Shown in pieces: positions 7,901-16,938 of a stretch of DNA of 64,000 bases (its first letter is position 1; every line of letters begins with the position of its first letter). Where the stretch lies: sequence record OQ411014.1; one strand, given 5' to 3'. The notes under the pieces were generated by a model. The model searched no databases. It saw nothing but the letters and a program-made list of their open reading frames with translations, and was not told where the DNA came from. Both the position numbers and the translations under genes were made by a program.

Positions 7901-10605
7901 GTACCAGCAGTGATGGTAGTACTAGATAGAGTTGGGATGGTGCTTTGTGCAACAGTTGCAGTAATAGATTTAACATTAATATCCGCAGCACTTAGGTCGA
8001 ATGTACCGTCAACAACAAGGTTTCCACCAACGTTTACGTTACCTGTAGTGGTTACAGATGCAGCATCAACAGCAGTAGTACTTAGGTCAATTGAAGCTGG
8101 GGTTAGAACACCAGAAATAGTTACGTCATTTGCAAAAGTGGTATTACCAGTAATGCTTGGAACAACTAATGAATCAGCAGTTACTGAAGCTAATGTTGAA
8201 GCACCAGTTACGCTTAGAGATGCAGCAGATGCAGCACCGATTGCAGAAGCACCAGTTACATTTAGAGAACCACCATTAACTTCACCAGTTGCAGTGACAG
8301 AAGCAGCAGTTACAGCACCAGTTGCCGCGACAGATTCAGCAGAAACGCCAGCAGTTGCTACAACAGAGTTCGGTGCGATATCAAGACCGTCAACGTTTGC
8401 AGCAGCAGTTACACCAGTAGTAGTACCAGTTACAACTAGGTCTTTAACAGTTACAGTTTGACCATTAACAGTTACGTTACCACCAATTGTTGCACCAGCA
8501 GTTGCAGTGATTTCACCTGTTACGCCTAGAGTACCACCAACAGTTGCGTTGCCAGTTACAGCAGCGTTACCACCTACAGATAGATCAGTACCAACAGTAG
8601 TGGTGGTTACAGATTCTAGAGTATTACCATTAAGGGCAGCAGTTGCTACAACAGAGTTAGGTGTTAGGTCTTGACCACTAACATCAACAGTTAGACCAGT
8701 TACAACACCAGTAAATTCAACATCAGCAAGAATTGATTTACCATCAACTTTTAGTTGTGGTTGTGCAGTACCGATAGTACTGTTACCTTGGATGTGAACA
8801 TAATCCATAGTGGATTTGCCTAGTGCAGTTAGACCAGCAGTACCACCAACGTTACCAACAGATGCGTTCTGTAGTAGTGCTTTATCAGCTACAAGGTCAG
8901 AAGTTGCGATTTTGTATGGTTCGATGCTGGATTTGGTGTCGCTTGGGCGAGCCGGATCGTTATATGCAAATTGTAAAATACCGTGGTTACCAGATTCGCC
9001 ATCAATAACGTTTAGAGTACTAAAGTTAGCGATTGAAGTTCTTGCACCAGTTAAGTTACCAGATAGAGTTAGGTTTTGTAGAGTACTTGGACCAGAAACA
9101 TTTAGAGATGTTGCATTAATATCAGTAAATGAAAGACCAGATACTGCACCAGTAATAATCAAATCACCAACTGTGGTTTTTTGTAGTACTGTATCACCAG
9201 TTACTTCTAGTTTTGGTGTTGCTTCACCAATAGTACTGTTACCAGTAATGCTTAGGTAATCAATAGTTGCTTTACCTAGTGCTTTTAGACCAGCAGTACC
9301 TGCTACATCACCAACTTCAGCAGCTTTAAGAACAGCTTTGTCAGCTACTAGATCAGAAGTTGCCATTTTGTATGGTTCGATACTTGATTTTGTGTCATTT
9401 GGACGAAGTGTGTCATTATAAGCGAATTGTACAATGCCGTGGTTTCCAGCAGTACCGTCATCAACAGTAAAAGTACTGAAGCGTGCTACTGAAGAGTTAC
9501 CACCAGTTAGGTTGCCACTCATGTTAACGCCAGCTAGAGTTGATGCACCAGATACGTTTAGAGTTGCTACGTTTAGGTCAGTGAATGAAAGACCAGATAC
9601 TGCACCAGTAATTGTTAGGTTACGAACTGTAGTATCTTGTAGTACTGATTTACCAGTTACTTCTAGGAAGTTATCAGCAGTACCAATAGTACTGTTACCA
9701 GCAATTTTTAGGTAATCGATTTTTGCATTACCGAGAGCGTGTAGACCGTGGTCATCGCCACCACCAACAACACCAACGGTTGCTACGTCAGTTTGGATAT
9801 CGTTGGTATCAATTTCTTGAGTACTAACTTTGTACGGCTCAAGGCTAGTTTTGATATCAGAAGGACGTAGTGGGTCGTTATATGTGAACTGAACACTACC
9901 AGTTTGACCGGAAACACGATATTGGTTTACGGATACAGTACTGTTTGCACCAGTTACGTTACCTTGGATAGTAGTTGCACCTTTAATGTTTACGTTGTTA
10001 AGATCACTTAGTGTTTTAACTTCGATGTTATTGAAAGTACCAGCATCCATAGTGTAAGTGCCACTTAGAGTACCATTGATTTCCACATCACCTAGTGTTG
10101 TTTTGCCAGTTACGTCTAGAGTACTGTCAAGTACTGCTGCACCTTTAGCATGTAGGGCTTCAGTAGTTGTACTACCTAGAGCTACAGTACTAGTTGGTTC
10201 AGTAGAAAGATTGCCATTAACTTTTGCATTACCAGATACGGTTAGGCTATCAGCAGAAGTTTCTTTAAATGAAGCACTACCAGTAGTTTGAGTAATATTT
10301 GAATTAAAAGTTGCTTCGGCATCAACAGCCAAAGTACCTTTAACACTTACTGTATCAGTTAGAGCGTCACCAAGAACGGTATTACCAGATACGTTAAGAT
10401 TTCCGAGATTAGAAGTACCAGTACTTGTAATGTCAGCGAATTGAGCAGAACCCGTCACTGTGATAGCAGTGAATGTGGCATCTGCGAAAGAAACAGTGCC
10501 TTCTACAGAAAGATTTTGCTTGAATACAGCATTACCCTTCAATAGTAGGTCTTTGTCAATCGTTGCTCCACCGAGAACGCCTAGATCAGTTTTAATTGAA
10601 TACAT
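4996..10605 (-). CDS. Very long repetitive fibre-like virion protein
   Basis: 1869 aa dominated by T/G/A/V/S beta repeats (LTVTG, LNVSG), with three QF[TA]YND..RP.D.K.S.EPYK units. The C-terminal domain (YNITLTGDTT...YVTQDATGNHSLTLP) is typical of fibre tips. Perfect TATAAATA upstream. Confidence 0.7.
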   Translation of the reverse strand: MYSIKTDLGVLGGATIDKDLLLKGNAVFKQNLSVEGTVSFADATFTAITVTGSAQFADITSTGTSNLGNLNVSGNTVLGDALTDTVSVKGTLAVDAEATFNSNITQTTGSASFKETSADSLTVSGNAKVNGNLSTEPTSTVALGSTTTEALHAKGAAVLDSTLDVTGKTTLGDVEINGTLSGTYTMDAGTFNNIEVKTLSDLNNVNIKGATTIQGNVTGANSTVSVNQYRVSGQTGSVQFTYNDPLRPSDIKTSLEPYKVSTQEIDTNDIQTDVATVGVVGGGDDHGLHALGNAKIDYLKIAGNSTIGTADNFLEVTGKSVLQDTTVRNLTITGAVSGLSFTDLNVATLNVSGASTLAGVNMSGNLTGGNSSVARFSTFTVDDGTAGNHGIVQFAYNDTLRPNDTKSSIEPYKMATSDLVADKAVLKAAEVGDVAGTAGLKALGKATIDYLSITGNSTIGEATPKLEVTGDTVLQKTTVGDLIITGAVSGLSFTDINATSLNVSGPSTLQNLTLSGNLTGARTSIANFSTLNVIDGESGNHGILQFAYNDPARPSDTKSSIEPYKIATSDLVADKALLQNASVGNVGGTAGLTALGKSTMDYVHIQGNSTIGTAQPQLKVDGKSILADVEFTGVVTGLTVDVSGQDLTPNSVVATAALNGNTLESVTTTTVGTDLSVGGNAAVTGNATVGGTLGVTGEITATAGATIGGNVTVNGQTVTVKDLVVTGTTTGVTAAANVDGLDIAPNSVVATAGVSAESVAATGAVTAASVTATGEVNGGSLNVTGASAIGAASAASLSVTGASTLASVTADSLVVPSITGNTTFANDVTISGVLTPASIDLSTTAVDAASVTTTGNVNVGGNLVVDGTFDLSAADINVKSITATVAQSTIPTLSSTTITAGTVNAGDIDATGDISAVSFAATGDVSAATATVPSIQGAAAGAGTVTLASNAVAAKDLTVTGSFKPNGGIESIGDISATNITATGIVKGASVESATVQAAPLGAGTVTLASDVVADKNLTVNGTFTPVGGFDLSSVDIASKSITTTEGATIGGNLAVSGTVDLSGADVTALSFVSTDAAKTNTFPKLASDEATLGAVTVSAASTLADVTASGTLAVTGETTLAGVTAGAIGASSVSATGAVSAASFTTAGTTVQLAKSTNVTGDFHATGTLTAGAIDLSTTDVTVKSLNSLGNAHVTGDLTVDGQFDLSATNLSALTLSSTNDTTVGGSLNVTGASTLADVTTDALTTTGLATLNGAKVNTTLEVTGVSTLGTVNANAASVTTTLGVSGNTSLSTVSTSGLATLNSANIGTTLNVTGASTLADVTADATSVSTLSTSGKATLASLDITGNTVATGDMTVNGTFTPAGGLNLAGADLSVNSVSTAAGATVGTTLGVTGNTTVGGTLTSTGAGKFGSVTSDNGLTVTTGATTLGGAITASGAGKFGSVTSDNGATITTGDLTVTAGNIAQNGAATATASFKKTSTTNLHVGTLVWDEEEYIAEISGNTHITGNLDVDGTITAQIDLTGRDISPRSVTTSQAVSVGTTLEVKGQATIDSAVIGASGSVNNNLQLNGNAVCTGDFTVNGRIIGTLDQSTSDLVAQSVTSTSFLKGVTLEVTGAATVGTTLTTGGKLTVSADGAAITGATTVTGTLSSTGTATFSAAASVGTTLTTGGKLTVSADGAAITGGLETDTLTVTGTSTLAAVTTGAITATSLTVSGTSDFTGKVTAVDIDSTGTINANNLTVTGTLTADIGDLVTESVSTSKYLVKAAPAASATGTWTPDGTSNVYNITLTGDTTVGNLPITPGYAGSWFVYVTQDATGNHSLTLPPPYSVIGADTAINTTPNSVSICQLVYSGVGSTIDVFIAQRNV
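5552..5742. repeat. 62-bp exact direct repeat (5552-5613 and 5681-5742) inside the fibre gene
   Basis: ccagtaattgcagcaccatcagcactaacagttagtttaccaccagtagttagtgtagtacc occurs twice, 129 bp (43 codons) apart. Confidence 0.9.
6257..6384. repeat. 38-bp near-exact direct repeat (6257-6294 and 6347-6384)
   Basis: ccgttatcaga(a/g)gttacagaaccaaatttacctgcacc, 90 bp apart, encoding GAGKFGSVTSDNG twice. Confidence 0.85.
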
Positions 10606-10664
10606 GTAATCCCTCCATTGGATTGTTAATAAGGAACACTTTTCCTGAGCTATGTTATTTCTTA

Positions 10665-10672
10665 TATTTATA
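10665..10672 (-). promoter_or_regulatory. T4-type late promoter TATAAATA
   Basis: Exact T4 gp55 -10 consensus, ~60 nt upstream of the 1869-aa gene. Confidence 0.75.
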
Positions 10673-10687
10673 CATCTTCATAATAAT

Positions 10688-10730
10688 AAAACCGGATTAG
10701 GTCGATCCTTTCCGGTTTTATTTTTTATTT
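10688..10730 (-). terminator. Probable terminator hairpin after the 293-aa gene
   Basis: aaaaccgga...tccggtttt inverted repeat flanked by A- and T-tracts. Confidence 0.55.
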
Positions 10731-10732
10731 TT

Positions 10733-11614
10733 TTATTTCCCACTAATTACAACTTTCCCACTAAATGGTAGATAAGATGAGAACGTTACATTACCAGCTA
10801 CGTCGATAGTACTGTCAACAGTTACAACGTTATATGGGGAACTTGATGTTGCAGAATCAACCTCATTTTCCATAATAGCCAAATACAACGGACCAATTTC
10901 TTGACCATGTGTTGATTGCGGAATTGTTAGTGAATATTTCCCAGCAGAAGAACTCCATTGAGCCTTATTGACTGGTGAACTATATGGTGCTGTCATAGTT
11001 GTTGCTCCTATAAGTTTTACTATTACATATTCTGTCGGTACTGCGTCTGTACTGATTGTCACATTACCTACTGCATCAAGTGTTACGTTCATACCAATTG
11101 TATTCCCGCCTGGATCTTGCACTTGTACAAGCAGATCTGAACCGCGTTTGTGTACGGATTCAGGTAGACTAAACACATATTGTGAACCTTGCAAAACGAA
11201 ATCACCAGGCATCGAGGTGTGTGCAGTAACATAGTCGGAATCTGTTGTTGGGGCGGGTTTCTTAAAAGGTTTCCAGATGTCCTGGTCTTTAAAGAATATT
11301 TGTACAATACTAGTACCGTCAACTTGGAAATAAGTATCTCCATTAATCCCTAATGAAACGTCAGGCTCATCAGTTCCTGATAAAGCACCACCGGAACCGC
11401 CAGCGTTGTGCTCATTAAAGTAATTCAATGTTACTAAGTGTGATGGATTTATCGGTGCACCTGCACTGACGGGAACAAGTTCAGTTCCTTGATAGTTTTG
11501 GACTTGCATTTCTGTTTTGCCAGGAGCATAATCTACTGAACTAAAACGAACTCCACCCTTACCAAGAAAGAACGTCTTCTTCATGGTTCCTTCTAAGTTA
11601 GAAAAAACTGCCAT
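10733..11614 (-). CDS. Virion structural protein with two tandem beta-sandwich-like repeats
   Basis: 293 aa. Two similar C-terminal units (YVFSLPESVH...GNVTIS and YSLTIPQSTH...GNVTFS) resemble the C-terminus of the 639-aa protein. Confidence 0.55.
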   Translation of the reverse strand: MAVFSNLEGTMKKTFFLGKGGVRFSSVDYAPGKTEMQVQNYQGTELVPVSAGAPINPSHLVTLNYFNEHNAGGSGGALSGTDEPDVSLGINGDTYFQVDGTSIVQIFFKDQDIWKPFKKPAPTTDSDYVTAHTSMPGDFVLQGSQYVFSLPESVHKRGSDLLVQVQDPGGNTIGMNVTLDAVGNVTISTDAVPTEYVIVKLIGATTMTAPYSSPVNKAQWSSSAGKYSLTIPQSTHGQEIGPLYLAIMENEVDSATSSSPYNVVTVDSTIDVAGNVTFSSYLPFSGKVVISGK

Positions 11615-11629
11615 TGTGAGTTCTCCTTA

Positions 11630-12748
11630 TTATATGTTATTTGAAATTGGCACATCTGGTAGTTGATATGCCATTTGGATAGTGACATTCATTTTACCAG
11701 TTGGACTGTTGTTAACTGATGAATCAAAAACACAAGAAAGAATTTCATCTTTATCACTTGGTTCGTGATTAACTTCGTTTACTATGTATTTACGTGCTTC
11801 TGCAATATCAAAATAATCTTTAGGTGCAATTACAGTACCGTCAATTTTTGATTGTGCTGTACCACCAAAACGAACGAACATACCATCTTCAATCATTGAG
11901 TAACCTTGAGTAACATCAATTTGAATATCAGTTACTACATAACCTTTAGGACATGTTCCAACCACTAGTACTGCGTTAGTGAATGAGTTATCAATTACGT
12001 TATGAACGATGTAAACACTATCACCATTTTTACCTGGGTCGCCTTGAATACCTTTATCACCCTGAATACCCTGCTTACCACGGAAAGGAATTGGATTACT
12101 CCATTCTTTTTGACCCGGAACACTAGCACTTTCTTTTACATAGTATAACATACCATCATCAGTGTCATATACAGTGTAATTGTATGGAAGGTTAGTAATA
12201 TCTGGAAGTTCAGTTGCTTCTAAATCGATTTTAAAAACACCCTGTTCACCTTTAGGGCCAGTCCACTGATAAGGACCACGCCAATCAGTTGTAGGTTCAT
12301 CATACATCCAAATAGAGCCAGTACTGGTATCGAAGAAAGTATACTCATCGAATAAGTTAGTTGTAGGCTTTGTAGTACCACTGGAATCAATTGTGAATGG
12401 GCGGCCTGGGTCACCTTTTTCACCTTTACCGATTTCAGTACTGTTCCATGTTACTGGTGTTACATCTACATCAGAGGTTTTAAAATAGAGGATACTCTTA
12501 TTGTTTGCTAGACTTAGATATGACCAACCCAATGGTTTTTCGGGTCTAAAAGTCATGTCTGGAATTTCAAATCCAACTTCATCTGGGTAGAAGTCTGTAC
12601 CGTTCTTACCATTCATACCAACAACGTGGCCTAAGTTTTCGATGGTGTTATCGGGGTAGGTACAAATCAAATCACCAGAGGCGTTTATCTTGAATTTTAG
12701 TCCAGCGTTATTACAGGAAGATGAAGATCCATTAAATGAAATTGTCAT
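11630..12748 (-). CDS. Collagen-like fibre protein
   Basis: G-X-Y runs (GEKGDPG, GPKGEQG, GKQGIQGDKGIQGDPGKNG) separated by aromatic modules; late-promoter-like GATAAATA at 12783-12790. Confidence 0.7.
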   Translation of the reverse strand: MTISFNGSSSSCNNAGLKFKINASGDLICTYPDNTIENLGHVVGMNGKNGTDFYPDEVGFEIPDMTFRPEKPLGWSYLSLANNKSILYFKTSDVDVTPVTWNSTEIGKGEKGDPGRPFTIDSSGTTKPTTNLFDEYTFFDTSTGSIWMYDEPTTDWRGPYQWTGPKGEQGVFKIDLEATELPDITNLPYNYTVYDTDDGMLYYVKESASVPGQKEWSNPIPFRGKQGIQGDKGIQGDPGKNGDSVYIVHNVIDNSFTNAVLVVGTCPKGYVVTDIQIDVTQGYSMIEDGMFVRFGGTAQSKIDGTVIAPKDYFDIAEARKYIVNEVNHEPSDKDEILSCVFDSSVNNSPTGKMNVTIQMAYQLPDVPISNNI

Positions 12749-12814
12749 ATTTATTTCCTTTTTTAAATTGCTTTATTATGAATATTTATCACTCTCTGAT
12801 TACATTCGCTGCCG

Positions 12815-12822
12815 TATAAATA
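12815..12822 (+). promoter_or_regulatory. T4-type late promoter TATAAATA
   Basis: Exact consensus upstream of the 12855-15079 plus-strand gene block. Confidence 0.75.
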
Positions 12823-12854
12823 AGTAAAAGTTCATAAAAGAGGGGCTTATTAAA

Positions 12855-13352
12855 ATGGCTTTAAGATCAAAGAATTTTCTATTCAAAAGAAAGGGTAAAG
12901 ATGGCGAGTGGTATGATTTCCAAGATTCAGACTCGTGGTACGATACCAATAACGATTATCATTGGAATGAAGTTTCGTTACCACTGGCTGCTGGGGGATA
13001 CTATGGCAGTACTACAGGATTACATACAATTGCATTCACACTACGTCAATTCGTTGGTCGTATATATGTTGAAGCAACTCTGTCAAGCAACCCTGAAGAA
13101 GCGGATTGGTTCCCAATTAAGTTTACTGAATCTTGTCGGTACTATATGGAATTCACGGATACCAGAATTTACGATGAAAATCGTGACAATTTTATTGAAG
13201 AATCAGGGGCAACCGGAACATTTGCCGAAACTCTAGTTGGTAACTTCACATACCTTAGAGTCGGTATTGAACGTAATTACATTAGTATTGACCCAACCGA
13301 GTATCAGAAACGCAAAGGTGGGAAATTAGAAGAAGTTCAAATTAATTTCTAA
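12855..13352 (+). CDS. Hypothetical, probably virion, protein
   Basis: 165 aa with RBS gagggg; first gene of a late-promoter operon. Confidence 0.6.
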   Translation: MALRSKNFLFKRKGKDGEWYDFQDSDSWYDTNNDYHWNEVSLPLAAGGYYGSTTGLHTIAFTLRQFVGRIYVEATLSSNPEEADWFPIKFTESCRYYMEFTDTRIYDENRDNFIEESGATGTFAETLVGNFTYLRVGIERNYISIDPTEYQKRKGGKLEEVQINF

Positions 13353-13363
13353 GGAAAAATAAA

Positions 13364-13972
13364 ATGGAAAACAAAATCGAACAACCAAGATTGTTTGTTA
13401 AAGGTCATGTGCTGATTACTGATGTTACTGACCCAGAAAACACAAAAGTAGTTTTGGATAAATCAAACGCAATCCATCCAGAAAACATGAGTCGTGCTAT
13501 TGCAAACGCTCTGGCAGCAAACGTAGATAGTGCTGGAGTAAGTTTAGGGGCTGTTTCTGAAATGCGTTTTGGTAATGGTGGTACTGTAGTGTTGAGTACT
13601 GGGCGTGTTACCTATAAATCCCCACGCGTCACTTCGTATGGTGGTTTGTATTCTGAAACTTATTCTAAAAAGATTAACCCACGTATTAATACTGGTGTTG
13701 ATGAACAATATAATAACATCACGACCGTTCACATTCCCGGACAGGCATATACTGACTTGGTATGCTTATGTACATTAGGTTTAAGTGAGCCGTCAGACCA
13801 AGCTGTTAGTTCCAGTACTTCAATGGATGGAACTTATGTATTTGATGAACTCGGTCTATATACTGACGGTACTAGTGGTTTACCACTATCACATATTATT
13901 TTCCATCCAGTTGAGAAAAGTGCAAACCGTATTCTACAAGTAAAATATACTGTGCGTGTTCAACTTCAATAA
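13364..13972 (+). CDS. Virion structural protein (baseplate/fibre-attachment-like)
   Basis: 202 aa with RBS aaggaa. FVKGHVLI...MRFGNGG...FDELGLY...HPVEKSANRILQVKYTVRVQ resembles phage baseplate/fibre-joining domains. Confidence 0.5.
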   Translation: MENKIEQPRLFVKGHVLITDVTDPENTKVVLDKSNAIHPENMSRAIANALAANVDSAGVSLGAVSEMRFGNGGTVVLSTGRVTYKSPRVTSYGGLYSETYSKKINPRINTGVDEQYNNITTVHIPGQAYTDLVCLCTLGLSEPSDQAVSSSTSMDGTYVFDELGLYTDGTSGLPLSHIIFHPVEKSANRILQVKYTVRVQLQ

Positions 13973-13981
13973 GGATAAGAT

Positions 13982-15079
13982 ATGATTAACTATGAAATTA
14001 AACGTGCCAATGGTAAAATATATGCATCAATCCCCAATAACGCAATATTGGGTCCGAACTCACCAAACCAAAACCCAGTACCGATCAACTTGGTCGGTCG
14101 TAATAAGGTAGGTTATGGTCAAGCATACAATGAAAACGCATTGTGGTTAGCAGAAAACTTTGCTGGTCAATATGCACCAAAGGGTAACGTAACAGGCCAA
14201 CTATGGTATAAGTATACATCTGGTACAGGGGAATTACTAGTAGCTCTTAAAGATGATGCTGCTCAACCAGTAGATTCACAAACCGAATTAGAATGGGGTG
14301 CTATCCCTGCTATTACAGTGTTTAATACTGTCCCTGATGGTACTAACTCAATTATGGGGCGTATGGTACTAACAAATAATGGCGACCGTCTGATGGTTCT
14401 CATGAAGGATAAAGAGTGGCGTGAAATTCAAACTACTCGTCCTTCTAACAAACAGTATGAACGTCTACTAGATATTAACTATGACACAGGTGAGAAATTC
14501 ATTTCTTATACACAAACTAACAGTACTAAACCAGTTGCATACTTTAACGTTGGTGGTGCTCCTATTGTTGATTCGAACGGTTATACTACCTTCCAAGATG
14601 GCGATGGTGTATTCAACTTCGGTGCGAACTATTTCTTTGAAATGAATATTATCGCCCGTCAAGTCACTAATACTGGCACTACTGTAGTTCCCCAACCTGC
14701 AAACTATAAGACTTGGCAGATTAAAGGTCAGTTTTATGTTGATAACGCTGGTAATTTCACACCTGGCGTTACTGTGGCTTCGGCTCTACCAGATCCACGT
14801 AAGGTTGCTAACCTAACACAGATTAAAGATGAAATCACTAGTACTCAAGGTACATGGGATGTTAACGTAGTAATCAACGGGGTTGATACATCAGTCCCTG
14901 GTGCAAACGGAAATACTGGGGCTGATTATGAAAACTACGTCCTAGGTTCACTAAACTCTACAAAACACTTAGGTATTCGTATTGACGGTACTGTTTCTGG
15001 TCTTGGTGCTGGTCAATCTACTCTAACACAGTGGAGTGTACTACTAAAAATCACGGGTGTTCCTCCGGTTGGTGTTTAA
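13982..15079 (+). CDS. Virion structural protein (baseplate/fibre-associated)
   Basis: 365 aa with RBS aagga; the N-terminal LVGRNKVGYGQAYNENALWLAENFAG...GQLWY is a fibre-like motif. Confidence 0.5.
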   Translation: MINYEIKRANGKIYASIPNNAILGPNSPNQNPVPINLVGRNKVGYGQAYNENALWLAENFAGQYAPKGNVTGQLWYKYTSGTGELLVALKDDAAQPVDSQTELEWGAIPAITVFNTVPDGTNSIMGRMVLTNNGDRLMVLMKDKEWREIQTTRPSNKQYERLLDINYDTGEKFISYTQTNSTKPVAYFNVGGAPIVDSNGYTTFQDGDGVFNFGANYFFEMNIIARQVTNTGTTVVPQPANYKTWQIKGQFYVDNAGNFTPGVTVASALPDPRKVANLTQIKDEITSTQGTWDVNVVINGVDTSVPGANGNTGADYENYVLGSLNSTKHLGIRIDGTVSGLGAGQSTLTQWSVLLKITGVPPVGV

Positions 15080-15087
15080 TACAAATG

Positions 15088-15113
15088 AAAAAAGGAACCC
15101 GAAGGTTCCTTTA
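15088..15113. terminator. Terminator between convergent genes
   Basis: aaaaaaggaacc-cgaa-ggttccttt; UUCG loop and U-tract on the minus strand. Confidence 0.85.
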
Positions 15114-15587
15114 GAATATATATGGCAAGCTGTTGAAAAATGGCTTGCCATTTTTTATTGATTGCCATAGTGAGTTAAAGTCTGTTATAATATTGGTATT
15201 ATACAAAGTGCTTTTAGCTCCAGGGTGTAGTGGTTTAGGCCAGTTTCCTATCTTGACCCACGAATATCCTGCACTTTCATGGTTAAGTTCTGGTATAAAT
15301 TCACCCTGTACCACAACTATAAATGAATAATATTTAAACTTTCCATTTTTAGTACAGAATACATCGAAAGGGATTATATCTTCAATGTCCGGTACTGAAT
15401 CACCCAACTCTTCTGAGATTTCTCTATGAAGTGCTTGAATAGGAGTTTCAGTACTTTCAATCTTCCCACCAACGAAACCCCAGTTGTTTGCATATGTAGA
15501 AGTGTCTGAACGCAAGTTCAGCATCATCCTTCCAGTATTCTTCGATAAAAATATTGCTCCTACTGCTTCGTTAGTCATCTTTGTCAT
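15111..15587 (-). CDS. Nudix hydrolase
   Basis: Intact Nudix box GGKIESTETPIQALHREISEELG (GX5EX7REUXEEXG). Confidence 0.92.
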   Translation of the reverse strand: MTKMTNEAVGAIFLSKNTGRMMLNLRSDTSTYANNWGFVGGKIESTETPIQALHREISEELGDSVPDIEDIIPFDVFCTKNGKFKYYSFIVVVQGEFIPELNHESAGYSWVKIGNWPKPLHPGAKSTLYNTNIITDFNSLWQSIKNGKPFFNSLPYIF

Positions 15588-15589
15588 CC

Positions 15590-16930
15590 TTATGTGTTTC
15601 TAAAGCCAATCCTCCAATACCCTTGTCTATATTTGTTCATAATGGCCTTGTGCCAGCCAAACTTTGTGGTATACTTATACATTCCACTATCACTTGAGTT
15701 ATAAACATAATCAGTAATACTTGCTGGAGGGATAAGTTCAATACCTTGAGAAGTTATTCGAACAATATATTCAGGTGGGATACGATTATCCTTGTAGAAA
15801 ATATCACGTTCTGATATATTTACATAATATTGCTCCGGTATAGCTCCATTTAACTCTTGACTTTCAGTGACGAAAGCAACAATTGCCAATTGACGCTTCA
15901 TTAGTGAGTTATCAACTTCAACAATAATCTTATTCGCGGTATCATCAGAACCAATACTCAGTACTGTACCTTTGATTGCGGATGTGTCTTCAATTCCTCG
16001 TTGGAATTTGATGAACATTTCCTTCTTATCGAAGCTCGGTTCCAAATATTTGAGGTATATAGGCCATGAGAAGATTTTGTTATTGGCACTCAGCTTGTTA
16101 AGAGATGAATTCACAAGTGTTAGCTCATATTTTGACGTGGATGCACCTGGCTGTGTGATTTCATCCACCAATATACACATGTTTTTCGGTGTGAAGACAT
16201 CAACAATCGGTTCAGACCAGTTAGTTAGTTCAATATCGAGTTCGTCTTTCGCGTTATGCACGTTAGTAACGATTTGACTAATGAGTTTTGGTTTTTCAAC
16301 TGTTCCTGGAAGAGAAAACCACACAGTACTTTTGAATGATAAGGTCATTATGTCCATATCAGTGTCTGTGCCTTGTGGCATAGCACGAGAACTGAACTGA
16401 CAATCAATCAATTCAACATCAGTTGCTGAAGTCCAGTCTAATGGGTTCTCCGAAAGCTGTAAAGTTATCGATGGACTGAATAAAGTTGTGATTTGTTCGA
16501 ACAATTCCATTTTATTAGTTAATGTAGTTGTCCAAATGTTCAAATCAAACACAAATGTCCACGGAACAGGGTTGTATCTGGTAATCAAGTACTGTTCATC
16601 CAGTTCTTTTGTGTACTCGTTCTGTGCAGGGGACTTATTAGTCCCCATAATCACCTGTTCAGCCACTGGTGAGCGAATAGAATTGCGTTCCATCTTCAAT
16701 GACTGTACACTTATAGTCATCATTGGAGCAGTTGGTACTGTGTTTTCTGAACCTCCACTGATAATATACGCAGCTAAACGTGAAATATCAGCGTATCTGC
16801 AAGGTACACCACGATAAACTGGTAGACCTGCATCGTCAATTGAGTGTAGTACTTTGAAATCACCAAAAACTCTTATTAAGTGTTTCAGTACTCGTCTGAA
16901 TTGACCGTCATAATAATATTCTACTTTCAT
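15590..16930 (-). CDS. gp15: Tail completion / sheath stabiliser, T4 gp15-like, with C-terminal extension
   Basis: YYYDGQFRR...VFG, VPCRY, P(mm)TISVQ, YNPVPWTFVFDLNIWT and MELFEQI..LF.P are gp15-family patterns; adjacent to the gp14-like gene. Confidence 0.65.
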   Translation of the reverse strand: MKVEYYYDGQFRRVLKHLIRVFGDFKVLHSIDDAGLPVYRGVPCRYADISRLAAYIISGGSENTVPTAPMMTISVQSLKMERNSIRSPVAEQVIMGTNKSPAQNEYTKELDEQYLITRYNPVPWTFVFDLNIWTTTLTNKMELFEQITTLFSPSITLQLSENPLDWTSATDVELIDCQFSSRAMPQGTDTDMDIMTLSFKSTVWFSLPGTVEKPKLISQIVTNVHNAKDELDIELTNWSEPIVDVFTPKNMCILVDEITQPGASTSKYELTLVNSSLNKLSANNKIFSWPIYLKYLEPSFDKKEMFIKFQRGIEDTSAIKGTVLSIGSDDTANKIIVEVDNSLMKRQLAIVAFVTESQELNGAIPEQYYVNISERDIFYKDNRIPPEYIVRITSQGIELIPPASITDYVYNSSDSGMYKYTTKFGWHKAIMNKYRQGYWRIGFRNT

Positions 16931-16938
16931 GTTGTTCC

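Noticed and set aside
5081-10291. Long antisense ORFs (up to 314 aa) opposite the 1869-aa gene, and similar ones opposite other genes
   Set aside because: They are the expected shadow of ACT/GCT/GTT/GGT-rich codons, which give few stops on the opposite strand. They have no RBS or promoter, and the products are low-complexity mirrors.
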